This document shows, in pieces, positions 1-12,810 of a stretch of 64,000 nt of DNA. The position numbers and the translations under genes are program-made. Within the stretch, counting starts at the first letter, position 1. Each line of letters opens with the position of its first letter. Source of the DNA: Styela clava (taxonomy: Eukaryota); assembly GCF_964204865.1 (NCBI RefSeq), contig NC_135256.1, positions 12,462,001 through 12,526,000 of the forward strand. The letters run 5' to 3'. The notes beneath the pieces were generated by a model, which worked only from the letters and a program-made list of their open reading frames with translations, was not told where the DNA came from and made no database searches.

Positions 1-3000
1 ATGTAAATCCTTTCAAAGTTCCTCCAGATCAGGATATCTTTATGCTGAGAGATAAAGAAAGACAAAGGAAAAAAGAGGTGAAGTTATAATGTAATTTTCG
101 TATCTTTCAAGCGATTTTAAAGCTGTTGAATAGGATCCATTATGGAACGTGTACCACAGATCATCTTAGATATATCCTAATTGTCATTCAAATAATATAA
201 TTTTATATATGATAATAAAATTTTAGGAAAGAGATCAACAACGCTCACTCAAAGTTCATGAGAAGACAACTTATGCTTCGAGAGTCAATGCTAAAACAGC
301 AGCAATGAGAAAAGGAGTTCTCGGCACGGATGAAGATGAAACATTGGAGGAAGCTGTAAAGGGAATGGGTGTCAAAGATGATCCTGGTTGGACATTAGCT
401 GTCACAAGAGGTAAACATAGCACAGTAGCATATTATTAATAATACCCCTTAATTATTAATGTGCTAGAATATTTAGAATAAGACAGGAATAGGATTTTCA
501 TTTTTATCATGGGAGAGGGGAAAAGCGATTAAATGGTTTAATTACATGGTGAACCATGTCCTCTTTTTTTGTTTACCAGTCTGTGTTGGATATGGGAATA
601 GTTAACCAGTTATTTGTTTGGAATGCATAGACTTGAGGATGGAGCAAGCTGTAGGTGACCAGTGGTTATGTGAACCACCCTACAACATCAAAGAGTACAG
701 CAATCCTTCCGTTTGTTAATATCCCCCGCAAATCTGCACTGGGTAATCAAAGATGTGAGGGCAAAAGTGTTTCTAACACTTAGTGTGGTGCTCCAACTAC
801 CAATCTTTACATCATGTATTGGCTGAAACATGATTTATATGTTAATAATGTAGCTTAATAAATGAAATTTAGTATATATTTCTTATTAAGTCATCAAGGA
901 ATAAAATAGAGAATTTTGGAAACACATTATGAAATAAAATTGGAAATTTTCAAAAATTATATTCAATGACAGATTTCAATTTGTAAACTATATTTTTCAA
1001 TTCGAATAATTATAACATCATTGTTGAAAATTCATATCAAATATGATTTATTTAAATAAGATATATTGGGAAATTGCAATGCAGTATTGTATTAAGTTTG
1101 GAACAAAAAATTCTGCTAAATGTAAAATCACAAATTCTAAAATTGGAGTAGGTTTGCCTATTATATACCCTTATCACTTATTACTCAGTGATATGATATT
1201 CAATGTTATGTTGATTAGTTAACTTGCTTTACCCTTCACATTTGACAGGCTGTCCTATATTGGAAATGTTTTCGTTAATATTGTGTAGATGCAAGTTTAA
1301 TATGAATAATTGTTGCTCCACTAAGCATCCCTTTGCATCTAAAGACTGTCTTGGTTTATTATGTACAATTTTTTTCTTCCAAATATTTCATTTATCAATT
1401 ATGTATGTCACTCAGATCGCAATGTGGAGAAAGAAGACCTTGCAGACTATGTGTCAAAAAAACGGCAAATGTTCCTTGTTCAATATTCACTTGCTGTGAA
1501 ACGAGATGAAATGAGAAAGCTGGAAGAACTAGCTGCTGCCGAAGAACGAAAATTAGAACGAGCTGAGAAATTTTTGGAAGAAGACGCTGCTATGTTCGAT
1601 GAATTTTTGAAAGAAAACGACAGAAATTCAGTAGAAGCCATAAAAGTGTGAGTTTTTGTATCCACTATATATTTCTATATTGCTCATTGTTGAATAACAT
1701 AGAATTCTGGAATGTTGGTTTATCGGGTCCAGTTATAGCTCTTGCTCAATCATTTACAAAACCAAAATAGGAATGGAAGGTTATTCACCAGTACAAGTAT
1801 TTGGCAAAGTTTTTAGGGATACATTCAATCAAATTCATGCATTTGTGGTCTAGTCATTATCATACTAGCCTAATTGTTGTTATAGAGCTTTAGTTATACC
1901 TAGGCTTGCTTTGACTTGTAGTCCTTATCCCCTAATTTTATATAGCTCATCGGCCATCACCTCACCCAGGTTTTTTAGAATCCAAGCTTTGCTGAACTGA
2001 ACAATTACCAACCTGGATTAAAGGTTCCTAAATTGAATAATTTATTAATGATATTCATTATTAGTGCCGAATCAGAAACGAAAGCCAAGTTGGAAAAAGT
2101 TGCAGAGATCAAGAAGAACACAGCAATGATGATGGCAATAAGAAGCGAAATATCAAAACATGAAGAAACTTTAAAGGTTTTTTAAACAGTTCAAACCTAT
2201 GCTAATTGGATGTTTAATTTTAATAAGATTGCACTTGTATAATCTGACATCAATAATTAAACATTATATATCATTGCTGCAGGTGATGTAGACTTTTCCA
2301 ATTTTTTTGAAAGCATCTCTCTACAGTTTCAATGATATTTAATTTACTGAATCAAAAGTGTTATTTTTTACCATGCAATGCTTCATATAAAATAATCACA
2401 ATATATTTGAAGTAGGATGGGATTTTCATATTTATCCCTTCGTCGAAGAAAGATGATAAAACGACTAATCATTTTGTGAACCATGGTCTGTTGTCTGGTT
2501 ACCGGTCCATGGACTTGACGGTAGAGAAATTGTAACCGACCAGTGGTTAGTGAACCACCCAATATAAAAATCGTTCCACACATACAGTCTTATCAGAGGT
2601 TCCATGGCAAGCGTGTTCGTAGCACGATATGCTAATGCATCTAGTGAAAGTGGATGTTAGAAACGTTAAGACATTAAATGCAAAATATAAAATATGTAAA
2701 TAAATGATGATACATCACTATGATAATAAATAAATATACACTATTTACAATAATAATAATAATAATATTTCAGGAATACATGTTGTACAAAAACTTTTTA
2801 AGTAAATTGACACCGAATGAATGGAAGGAAGAGAAATCAGCCATCAAAACCGAAAAAAGAAAAGCAAGAGTGAAAGAGGTTTGTAATTATACCAAAGGTT
2901 TACTTGTTATTTGCTCCGTTCATCTTATGAATTGACAGTATAGCAATGACAGTTCAATTTAAACAGTTAATCAAAGTTTCTTGGTTCAGTGATATGTTTG

Positions 3001-6000
3001 GTTAAGAATCCGGGTAGAATAAAGGGTATAGGCTTTTGTTCATTTTATATTTGATAAAGATTTGACTAAGAATTGATATATGAATGCCGTCTGTGTGGGC
3101 CAGTGGGTACTGTTATATTAGACCAACTTCAAATGATCAGATATGATTAAGACTAATACATTATAATTGCTCAATTTAACAGCAATCTTCCAGTCAGCAT
3201 CATCCAACTCCAATTGAAAGACGTTCCCAAATGTCTTCTGCTAGGAAGAGAGGTATGTAGCTTATTTTGCATTAAATGGATAAATTAACAACATTTACTA
3301 AAGGAGGCCTCTTTTTTTATATACTTTTCAAATCTCTCACTCAAGGCCTTGTATAAGCACCACTGATATCTCACAATACGTGAGGAATTATCATATATGT
3401 TGAAAGGATTTCTGGCTTAGCATTGCCTGCGCATTTTATTACACCCTTGAGTCAGAGAGTGGGAATGGGATTTGAACTTATTAATATGAAGTACTGATTT
3501 GATATAAAAACAGTATGTTTTAATGTTTCGATTAAATTTGATTTTGGCCTATATCTATAATATGAATGGAACAAAGTGACACATAAATGACAATTCTCCA
3601 ACATGGAGGAAATTTGCGTAGACATTGAATATATCTTTATATAAACAGGAGACACAGAAAGTCGTAGCTCAAGTCGTGGACAATCTAGAGATTCTGCTCA
3701 TCATAAAAGAAGTATTTTACGAGGATCTGCTGTGAGTCGAGGTACAAGGAATTTATCTACTCCAAAGAGTGTAACTGATTCTGAAAGTATTCGATCTGTT
3801 GAGGCAACATTCTCAGAAGATGATAGTGATGACGTAAGTTATCGTATTTTACATATTTTTCAAAAGTACTGAAATTACAGAACAACAGAAACATTTTTTT
3901 CAATTTTTTAAACAAAGCATAATATTTTAATTTAGTCATTCATAAAATGACTTATGATTCATCAGCAGGTACATTGAGATCATGTTAACGTTCCCCTACT
4001 ATATATTTCAATTAGATCCATTTTCAGTTAAAGTGCATACCGATTTTGCCACTTTTCATATTCACAAACTCAGCATACTTACTGAGTATTCGAGATTATT
4101 GAATCATATCATTTGTATACTGTGTATTTATAATAATTGTAGAACTTAATAAACTAAATTTTTTGTATTCATCATCCAGGAACCTGATCTATATTTCGCT
4201 GACCCTAAACAACTTCTTGCGATATTTCAAGAACTAGAAGAACAGAATTTATCATTGATCACAAACAGCCAAGAAACAGAAGAGGCAATGGAAGAATTGA
4301 AACAAACAATTCAACTCACAAAAGAAAAATTGTTAGAGTTTTATTATTTTTATGGTTATTCTACCCATAGATTGGACGTTCTTATCTCACTCAATCATGA
4401 GTTTCTATTAATTTCTTTTTCTGCGTCTTCCAGAGATCGTGAAACAGGGATATTGAAGTCTCAGATCAGTATTTTGAAAGCAACTATTAAAAGAGAAGAA
4501 GAAAAAGCTGATGATTTGGAATTGAAATCAAAAATGTTTTCTTATGGCGAATTTAAAGCTGAAGACCAAGAAAAGATGTTGAGACAACTTCATAGGAAAG
4601 TTGAAGAAGTGTTCAAGTATGTTTGAAAGAATTACAAATATAAATTAATCCCTACATTACAAAACGCTGGGCAGTAAACCACTGAGTTCTAATATTCACT
4701 ATTCAGCAAATCAGCATTAAATTCCCAGAAATTAGTAATTTATGTACAAAACAGTGCACTTGCATGTAGGGCTGGGCATTTTTGAAACATTGGTGTTTCG
4801 AAATTGAAATGAAATTTTGTTTTCGAAACAAAATCAAAACGAAACATAAGTTCCTACAAGTTTGTCACAAACAATAAAACATGGCACCATTATTAGGCAT
4901 TGAATTTAAGGATTAAGTCCATGAAAGGCTGCACATGAAGCTAATTCTAGAATATGAAATGATAATGCAAGGCACCTCATGCAAGTTATTCTTTTCAAAA
5001 AGGTTTCTGCTTGATTACGAAATAGTGACCAAAACACAGCACAAGAATAATAAGATAACAGTACAAGCTTGTACATGTAAATGAAACAAACAAAACTAGT
5101 GAACAATTAGAAAAGGGTTAGAGGAAGGTAGCCACTTCCCCTAATTAATTATGTCATACAGTCATAAATTAGTAAAGTTGAAACAGCGCCGTTAAAGCTG
5201 CAGACTTGGCTGTATCGGCACGGCATCGGAGGTTACAAATTTTGGATTCAAATCCCATTCCCACCACCTCACCCTGGGTGTATTAAATTGAATCAGCAAA
5301 GCTGAAATGGAAAGATTTTGGTTCTTTCAAATACAGTAGCTCATCAAATATGGTTTCATATCAAGGGCTACTTGTAGTGGGCATTGTTTGGAGCGTAAGA
5401 CATGAAAAAGCGACATAAAAAGTAACAGGACTGAATTAAATAATACTGATGTCAGTATTTATTATCAATAAAAAAGTCAAGTACTTCTTTATTATGATGC
5501 TACTTTTGGACAATTATGAATGTATTTTATCATGTTACGAGACAAGAATTTACTCTGTAAATTTCTCCCCAATTCTTCATTCATTCAACTGTCATTGCTC
5601 TAACTTTGAATCTTAGTTAAAATGAAATGTTTTCATGTTTAGAGCATGTATTGGTGAAAATGAGGCAAACATAAGTACATTACAAATGCTAACGACAATT
5701 GAAAACAAATTGGAAGAATTATTCGAAAGTATTGAAATTATGCCACCAGAACTTGTTGAGGCTGCGGAAAAAGCAAAGGAAAAAGAACGTAGGATGCGAC
5801 TGAGAGAAGAAAAACTCGCAGCTCAGCGTGCACATCAAGAAGAAAGAGTGAGAAAGGCACTCGAAAGAGCAAAAGCTGACCCTAAAAAGAAGGTATGATT
5901 CTGAAATTCTTTCTAAATTTAGATTGTGGCAGTAGTTTATTGCCACTCAATTTAACTCATAAAATTGAGGCAGCAAACATGATACTTCTGGAATGTTAAA

Positions 6001-6865
6001 TTTAAAAAACTCCTAAATTTTGATTACTCTGCGTGGGTTTGTTTGCAGGTTCGAATCCCATGCAGTATTAGTTATGTGCGAGAGGATTGCTGGGCTTCTC
6101 GCCGCCGTAGGGTGGTTCACGTAACCGCTGGTCAGTTACGGCTTCCTCCATCACCAAGTCTATGCTACCGAAAACAAATAACTAACTAATTCCATACACG
6201 ACATGGAATGGTAACCGGACGAGAGGCTGTGGTTCGCCATATGGTTAAGCCGTCCTAATGGTTTTCCTCTCCCGCGGGATAAATATGTAAATTCTATCCG
6301 ATCCATATTTAGGCAATTTGACCTACAATGGCTTTGTTAGATGAGATAGATTACTATATAATTTCACACGATTTACCCTTCAAGCAATAGTTGAGTGAGG
6401 AATACCAAATACCTAGTAGAGCTCTTCCCTTTGAAAATTGAGGACAGAGTAACTTACTTATTATTGAATGTTTAAGGTATTTCTCGAAGGGTACTCCTGT
6501 GATGTGTGTACCAGGTTGGGGTTAGGCCATAATTTTATTCTGATTTTCGTTATTTTAGTTCTATTATGACTTCAGGGACTGTCTGTGTTAGCTAAGTGAC
6601 TATACCCCTTGCCTATTTCAGCCCCTTCACACAACTTGATGTAAAAAAGGCGAACAAAATTAGATACCTCCATACCCTTCTTGAGTGCCTCTCTATGCAT
6701 ACTTATTTGTTGGTACCATAACAGAATTCATGTGGCAATATTAACTTACAGGGTGGTAAAAGATTGGTATACAGATCAGAACCTCCTCAAAGAAAACAGA
6801 AGGAAAGCAAAAAGAAAGATGCAAGAGATAAGGAAGAAGAAGAATTACAATATTATTTTACATAG
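1..6865 (+). CDS. CFAP100: Cilia- and flagella-associated protein 100 (CCDC37), 5'-partial. Exons <1-77, 227-410, 1416-1647, 2065-2176, 2774-2878, 3183-3252, 3649-3833, 4180-4331, 4434-4616, 5643-5892, 6752-6865
   Basis: All introns are GT-AG with consistent phases. Motifs NPFK..D.DIFMLRDKER, KKRQMFLVQYSL..KRDE, AEKFLEEDAAMFDEFLKEND, EPDLYFADPKQLLAIFQELEEQNLSLI and C-terminal RLVYRSEPP...EEEELQYYFT* match CFAP100/CCDC37-38 proteins. Confidence 0.9.
485..785 (-). mobile_element. Old, diverged copy of the tRNA-derived SINE family (in CFAP100 intron)
   Basis: Collinear similarity to the copies at 54390-54742 and 63311-63641, e.g. gaccagtggttatgtgaaccaccc, cagcaatcct and a taggattt tail; many substitutions. 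Confidence 0.7.
2412..2640 (-). mobile_element. Old, internally deleted SINE copy
   Basis: ggattttcatatttatccc tail and catggacttg...gtaaccgaccagtggttagtgaaccaccc core shared with the younger copies. Confidence 0.65.
4767..4850 (+). mobile_element. hAT-like terminal remnant
   Basis: TAGGGCTGGGCA terminus followed by (C)GAAA/TTCG subterminal repeats; no partner end found. Confidence 0.4.
6022..6304 (+). mobile_element. 5'-truncated SINE copy in the last CFAP100 intron
   Basis: B box GGTTCGAATCC, family core and 3' end gggataaatatgtaaattctatcc; reverse-complement match to 54390-54742. Confidence 0.85.
6490..6675. repeat. Probable non-autonomous repeat related at its 5' end to the hairpin element at 54244
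   Basis: ggtactcctgtgatgtgtgtacca resembles gacctccagaagtatgtgcacca; otherwise unclassified. Confidence 0.3.
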
Positions 6866-9835
6866 TGTTTGTTCTTTAATAATCGATGATGGACTAAATC
6901 AGATGTTCATTATACTATTTACTTATCTGTTTATAATGGTGCTCTTAGGACGCTAAATCCTACCTAGTTGGTAACTCATAAAAAGATTTATGTACCGTAA
7001 TATTTTTTCATACTGTTGCCAGTATACAAGTGATTTTTTTCTGTGTGGCATAATGTCTTCAGAATTATTGTTTTCTTCTATTTGTTTTGAGAATGCTTGC
7101 ATTATAGAAAAAAAATTGCAGTTGAGACTTTTGCCGCAGAGTAGTCCTCTGATGCTATTAATGAGCATTTCATGTATATGTTCAAACCACTGAATATTTT
7201 GTTCTGAAAATTTTTAATCGTCAAGACTTGCTTTTTTTCTTGATTGACTACTGTTTTTCCACTAAACATCGGTTAGAAAAATTGGTATAATAATTTCATT
7301 TCATAATAACCGTCTCATTACTAAAAGTTTGTATAGTATTATCTTTTCATGCCATTTTTTGTTTTGTCGATTGTTTTTCAATTTATACCCTTTCCTCTAA
7401 TGCGTAGTTTATTGGATTCTGAAACGCTTTCATTAAATATAATTTTCATTGATATGTTCTGTATTTGAATTTTAAAATATGGTAATCTTATCACCAGGTT
7501 ATTAATATATCCAAATATAATGGTAATTTCATAACGGTATAAGATAACATTTGTATGCCTACTATGAATCCTCCCAAGCACCACTAATCAGCATGACAGG
7601 GCAGAAAATAGGCAGGTGATCTTCTCAGCGTCTCAGAAGGACGCCGCGAGCAAAACACGGGCCCAAAGCGGTGCTGAGGTCACTTCGTAGGGGCGACGGG
7701 AAATTTATATTATTCTTAAATAAGTATGCTAATATTTGTGGTAAAAATACATTTGGGTTATTCACTGATAAAAGACAGCAATGATTGGGGCTATTGGTTA
7801 TGATTGTGTATGAAAAGTAAATAATGATTATACAGAGCTACTTGGTTGATTTTTATTTACTTGAATTACACGACATATCATACTTACTCGGGGACAGGCA
7901 TGCTAAGCTGAAAATGGGGATTACAAATTCTCTTGTCGCCAAATGTACCAATGGAGGCATAGAAAAGCAGTATATTTACCCGATGTGTCAAGTGTACGTG
8001 TTCTAGTTACGATATTGATATGAATTGGATGGGCCAGTCGGTTGGTGTCTATATTTCCCACTATAGCCGAAAAATATATGAGATAGTTAATTCAGGTTAT
8101 TTAGGATTAAATTGGCATACTGCATTTCTGATTCACCTTTCCGAGTTTAGAAATGAAATTTTCTGTAATGTAAATGTAACGAATATTATTTATTTTCTTC
8201 GATTTATATATATACATGTAAATCACGTCATCCTATTTTTACTTATTGACTCCAATGTTGTGTACTTCTCTAAAACTTAGTACAAACAATATCTAGTTGA
8301 AATTGTGTGATCGATCGCAAAAGGTCTAAGAAACACACATGGGTGATGTATCACCGGGTCCTAATAAAAACATTTCATCCCTTTCCATGTTAGCGATCGC
8401 ATCGTGAAAGGATAGCCAAACTACAGTAATTTAATATTATATACATTGCTCTGATAATAAAACATAATACGATTTTCAGTACATAAATCAAAAACACGTG
8501 TTTAAGTTTTTGCTTCGCGCAGAAGTAAGACATGCTCTACCTGTCTACCACTATTAAGTATATCTGATCATGCAGAATAAATAGGCACATTTATTCACAC
8601 AAACACGACAGAAGAACAATATCTCGAATGGTTGGCGACAAATTCTCTGACGCCGAAAAATTATAATGTCCTATACTGCTTTACAAACCAAAGTGGAAGA
8701 ACGGGTTGTACTAATAGTAGGCGACGAGCATTCCATGAAACATCATACTGATAATGGTGAATGCAGTCTTAATGGTGAGAGCGGATCCTGCAATCGGATT
8801 TCTAAATGCGTGGCCATCTTACCAAAAGAAAAAAGTCATAGGCCTACTTCGGATTTGAACATTTCTAGTAATGTAGCGATTGGTAAATACATTGCTACGA
8901 ATCATTATTCTGATTCGAAATTGGTGATTGATAACAGTAATTGTGAAGAAGAGATTTAGTTGGAATCACCAAGACGAACAGACATAATCGCCAGCAGGCG
9001 GCACGGACGAAGAAAAAAAATTCCCAAGGAAGATTTCTTCCCCTTTCAGACTAATATTTTGTTGTTTGACTGAAAAGTGATTATCACATGTGTATTCCAC
9101 ACTGCTTTATTTAATTTTTATCTTCATTCTTAAATATCAAAATATAAATTAATACAGCTACTGCTAATGTGCTGAATATAGGGTAGGTGAAATTGTGATA
9201 ACGTCCATAACAGTGGCCTACAATATCGTACCGGATTTCACTGACAACAAAAACACCACTATTCTTCACTTATGTACCGCCGATATAAAATGGGAAATTC
9301 GGAATATATTTGAATGAAATCACATCATTAAACTACCATGCAGATAAAATTTTTATATATTTTTGTAAAACACTGAAATATTAAAAAATGTCCGACAAAG
9401 ACAAAAATAGATAAATTGAGTAAAAGTAAAAGCTATATAAAGACACTAGGAAAAACTATATATATCAAAAATTTGATAGTGCAGTGATAACAAGTTAGGC
9501 CGATATAGTGTTTAAATAAGTAGAAAAATATAAATACATTTTTCAGTATGATAATCTTCTTGACATGTATTAGAAAAATCTACATTGAGATAAAAGATAA
9601 TGTAAGAAAAGTAGCACTTCAACCATTTAATCGTCTGAATTCACTGGGCTGGAATATTGGTATAAAGTTAAGGTGATAAAACACGCATTTCGAAAAGGAA
9701 AGTTATTTTACAGACTTCCGCCAATATTGGTTAATGTATCATAAATTATTTGAACAATTTCTAGCCCACCTAATATATTTACATTATGTACACGATTGTC
9801 GCCGATTGGTAACATTTTTGCATTTATTTTGCGTA

Positions 9836-12810
9836 TCACGTTCTCACAGCATCACCGAGTCCAAGTACAGATTTGTAGCATCCCATTCCGTATTTTCCAT
9901 CTGTAATGGATGTAATGTAAGATTAATAACGTTAGTTTCTAGACTGCAGATAGCTTTCTGCAGGGGTCGGCAACCTTTTGTCGCTCGCGGGCCAAAATTA
10001 AGGGTTGCAAGTCATTGCCGGGCCGGACATATTTTTAGAAATTTAAAACCGAAAGATTATTCTTTTTATTATAGAAATCAGGCATTGATACATCTCTCTA
10101 ACAGAATATAGATTTATTTCTTTCCTGAATATTTTCTACGTCTATATATTTCTATAATAAATTTATAGGCTCGTTAAACGTAAGTTATTGTGAGTTATAT
10201 ACTCATTATGTTATAATATAATTTAGTCCACACGTGTCTCAAAATAAATTATGCCACGCAAAGAATATAATCGCCTAAACAGCTGTTTTGTTACTATAAT
10301 TCGATGGAGCGTCGCGGGCCGGATTATACTACTCCGCGGGCCGGGGTCTCTGAACTGGCTCATGATGATGAGAATTTTACAATGAATTCTCGAACAGATA
10401 GATAAAACTTACATAACGTAGGTCTCGGTCGAGTCATGGGCCAGTATTGAAATCCTTCTCTTGCTCTATCGTTAAAAGGGTTTCGATATTGTTGCATGTT
10501 CGGTACCGAAACTCTTCGTCGTGGCCGTGACCTCTGATAACTGAAAAATTTTAACGTATTACTGAAATGAATAAGTTAATGAGGCAATGAAAAAAGTAAA
10601 ATATGCAGAAAGGGTTGACGGAAAGAAGAAAGTTAGTAAGAAATAGAGAAACACAAGTAGTAAGTAACCACCTTCCAGGCCGCTCTTCACTGAAGCTTCT
10701 TTCCACTTTATGCTCAAAAGCAGATCCACGAAGCGGGATAATTGAACCATCTTCGGTCACTCGAAATTGTTGCGTGTTTTGCGGAATCTCTGTAATAGCA
10801 AATGCTTGTAACCGCGATATGAATACCGTGTATAATGAAGGGAGATGTTTATGTATCTTCAATCCTGTTTGATTTGCTAAAATTCCACTTATACTCTATA
10901 TAAGAGCGAATATTATGAAGGCCCGGACCTAAGCGCTGATTAAATGTCCGCTCACGATTTATGGAACTGCATAACATCACTTCGGCAAACTTCGTTACAG
11001 GTTATTAGATTTTTTTTAAATTAAGAAGTGTAAAGCTGTTGTAATATCATAACATATAAGATATTTGGAATTTATGCTCAATCCAGGAGGTCGAAACAAT
11101 TCTGCTATCAACACGATATCATTACACAATTTTTGACCCTTGTAATGAAATTTGATACAGGAGTTTCAAATTGGAATATAATGGGTGACAATTAAATAGG
11201 CGTGGTGAGCGTTCAAACAATTAACGACCTTTTAAACGCTTTTATGCTTCTCCAGTTGTGACAATAGGTCTGGGTTGTAGCATTTCCAAGAGTTATTTAT
11301 GTACATAATTATTTACAATGCGCACGCGACGTTGTATACCCCAAAACAGGTGTAGAGGGCCGCCGATTAAATTTATTCCAGACTGCATATTAACTATGAT
11401 GGATCGCATTTCACTTATATTATCCCTCCTGAAAGTTCCAGTTTGTATACACATTGTATACACATTTAAAGCAAAAAATAATTATTGGTGCATTGTAAAT
11501 CTGGAATCAAGGCTGAGTGGAAGGGATGGCGACCCAATGACCCGCGACTCACAAAGTGACCCATCGTGTTTTTTAGGTGATCCGCCAAGTCACCAATTAA
11601 TACAAAATCATGGCATTATTTGAGTGATAAAAATTGATATCAGACTTGCCTTAATTCATTCAATCTAATGATATGTGAACTACTGGCAACGATGCTGTTA
11701 CAAGGTTTATGACATACTAATAAAATTGATCCGTTTATTTCTCGCAACTTTTTTTTTCATAACAGCGGCTCCATTTCGGAGGTGCATGGTCCAGAGAGGG
11801 CGCAGAATGGTTTTGGCGGTATATGAGAACTAGATGCCTGCTTTTTCGCAGTTTATTTTTTCTGACATGCTGTTTAGAAAATAAAATCGTACTGAACCAA
11901 ATTAACGACCACAGAAATAACAATGGAACAGGATGGTAGTGACTTAGTGAGCGGTTGAAGTCGATTGAATATATATCGATATAATAATCTCAGAGTGAAA
12001 TTCAACCTTTCAACCTTTTTGAGGCCAAGAAATAAATAGACGTAGTATTATAAATGTTTACCGGTTTTCTGATGCATCGAAATTAGAAATTTTCTCATCT
12101 CAAACCCTGATTAAAAATATAATTTTTGACCTATTCATTAAAAATAGTTTTACTTCCGATTAAAGGAAATACATTTTATAATAATTTATTGTAATTTATT
12201 AGTTTTACAATATGTCTGCTCGAGTGATACACTATCACTGCTTGAGCAGAGTTGAGCTTTTTGTATCTCATCAATTGTTACTTGGTTACAAATGATAAAT
12301 CAAATATTTGTAATATCGATATATTACGCTTTTGTTTGCTCTCACATAACGTGTCAAAAACGTGCTTGTTTCATCATACCGCACTCTTATCATACATAAT
12401 AGACGTATATAAATATATTATCAATTTTTTAAAAAAATACTAAAATACATTGAAAGTTCACCTGCAACAAAAGCAATAAATCGTGCGGGCCATCTTACTA
12501 TAAAACATCAATATCGTATTTATAAAGGGGCCAAATATCAATTTGGAATCAGACTTCAATAATATTTTTTAAGCATTAATAATTGATGGCTTTCTCACAA
12601 CTATTCATCCTTTTTATTCCATGAGTCTTGAAGTTGCAATGCATTTATAACATGGTTAAAATGGATGTGATTATAAACTCACGTTTAGCAATAACTCTGG
12701 CTTCTGGCATTTTCACAGTAAAAGTTGTCGCCTTATGTTTCATCTTTGACCAATGATCTGTTCTTTGATTTTTTCTCATAACGGGGTCATTTTTTGACCA
12801 AACTGTTGAA
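9836..12810 (-). CDS. Candidate orphan multi-exon gene. Putative exons 12683-12810, 10672-~10864, 10413-10540, 9836-9900
   Basis: Splice sites ttacag/gtgagt, gtggtt, tttttcag/gtaagt and ttacag have compatible phases. The joined frame is open (...FRVTEDGSIIPLRG...SYQRSRPRRRVSVPNM...YGKYGMGCYKSVLGLGDAVRT*), with AATAAA at 9823-9828 just after the stop. The start is unresolved. Confidence 0.45.
9961..10345 (+). mobile_element. hAT (Charlie-like) non-autonomous element, right end damaged
   Basis: Starts CAGGGGTCGGCAACCTTT with repeated GCGGGCC(G) subterminal motifs at both ends; the expected right TIR is not intact. Confidence 0.65.

Noticed and set aside
8666-8959. 97-aa ORF
   Set aside because: No recognisable motif or supporting splice structure; cannot be distinguished from a chance ORF.
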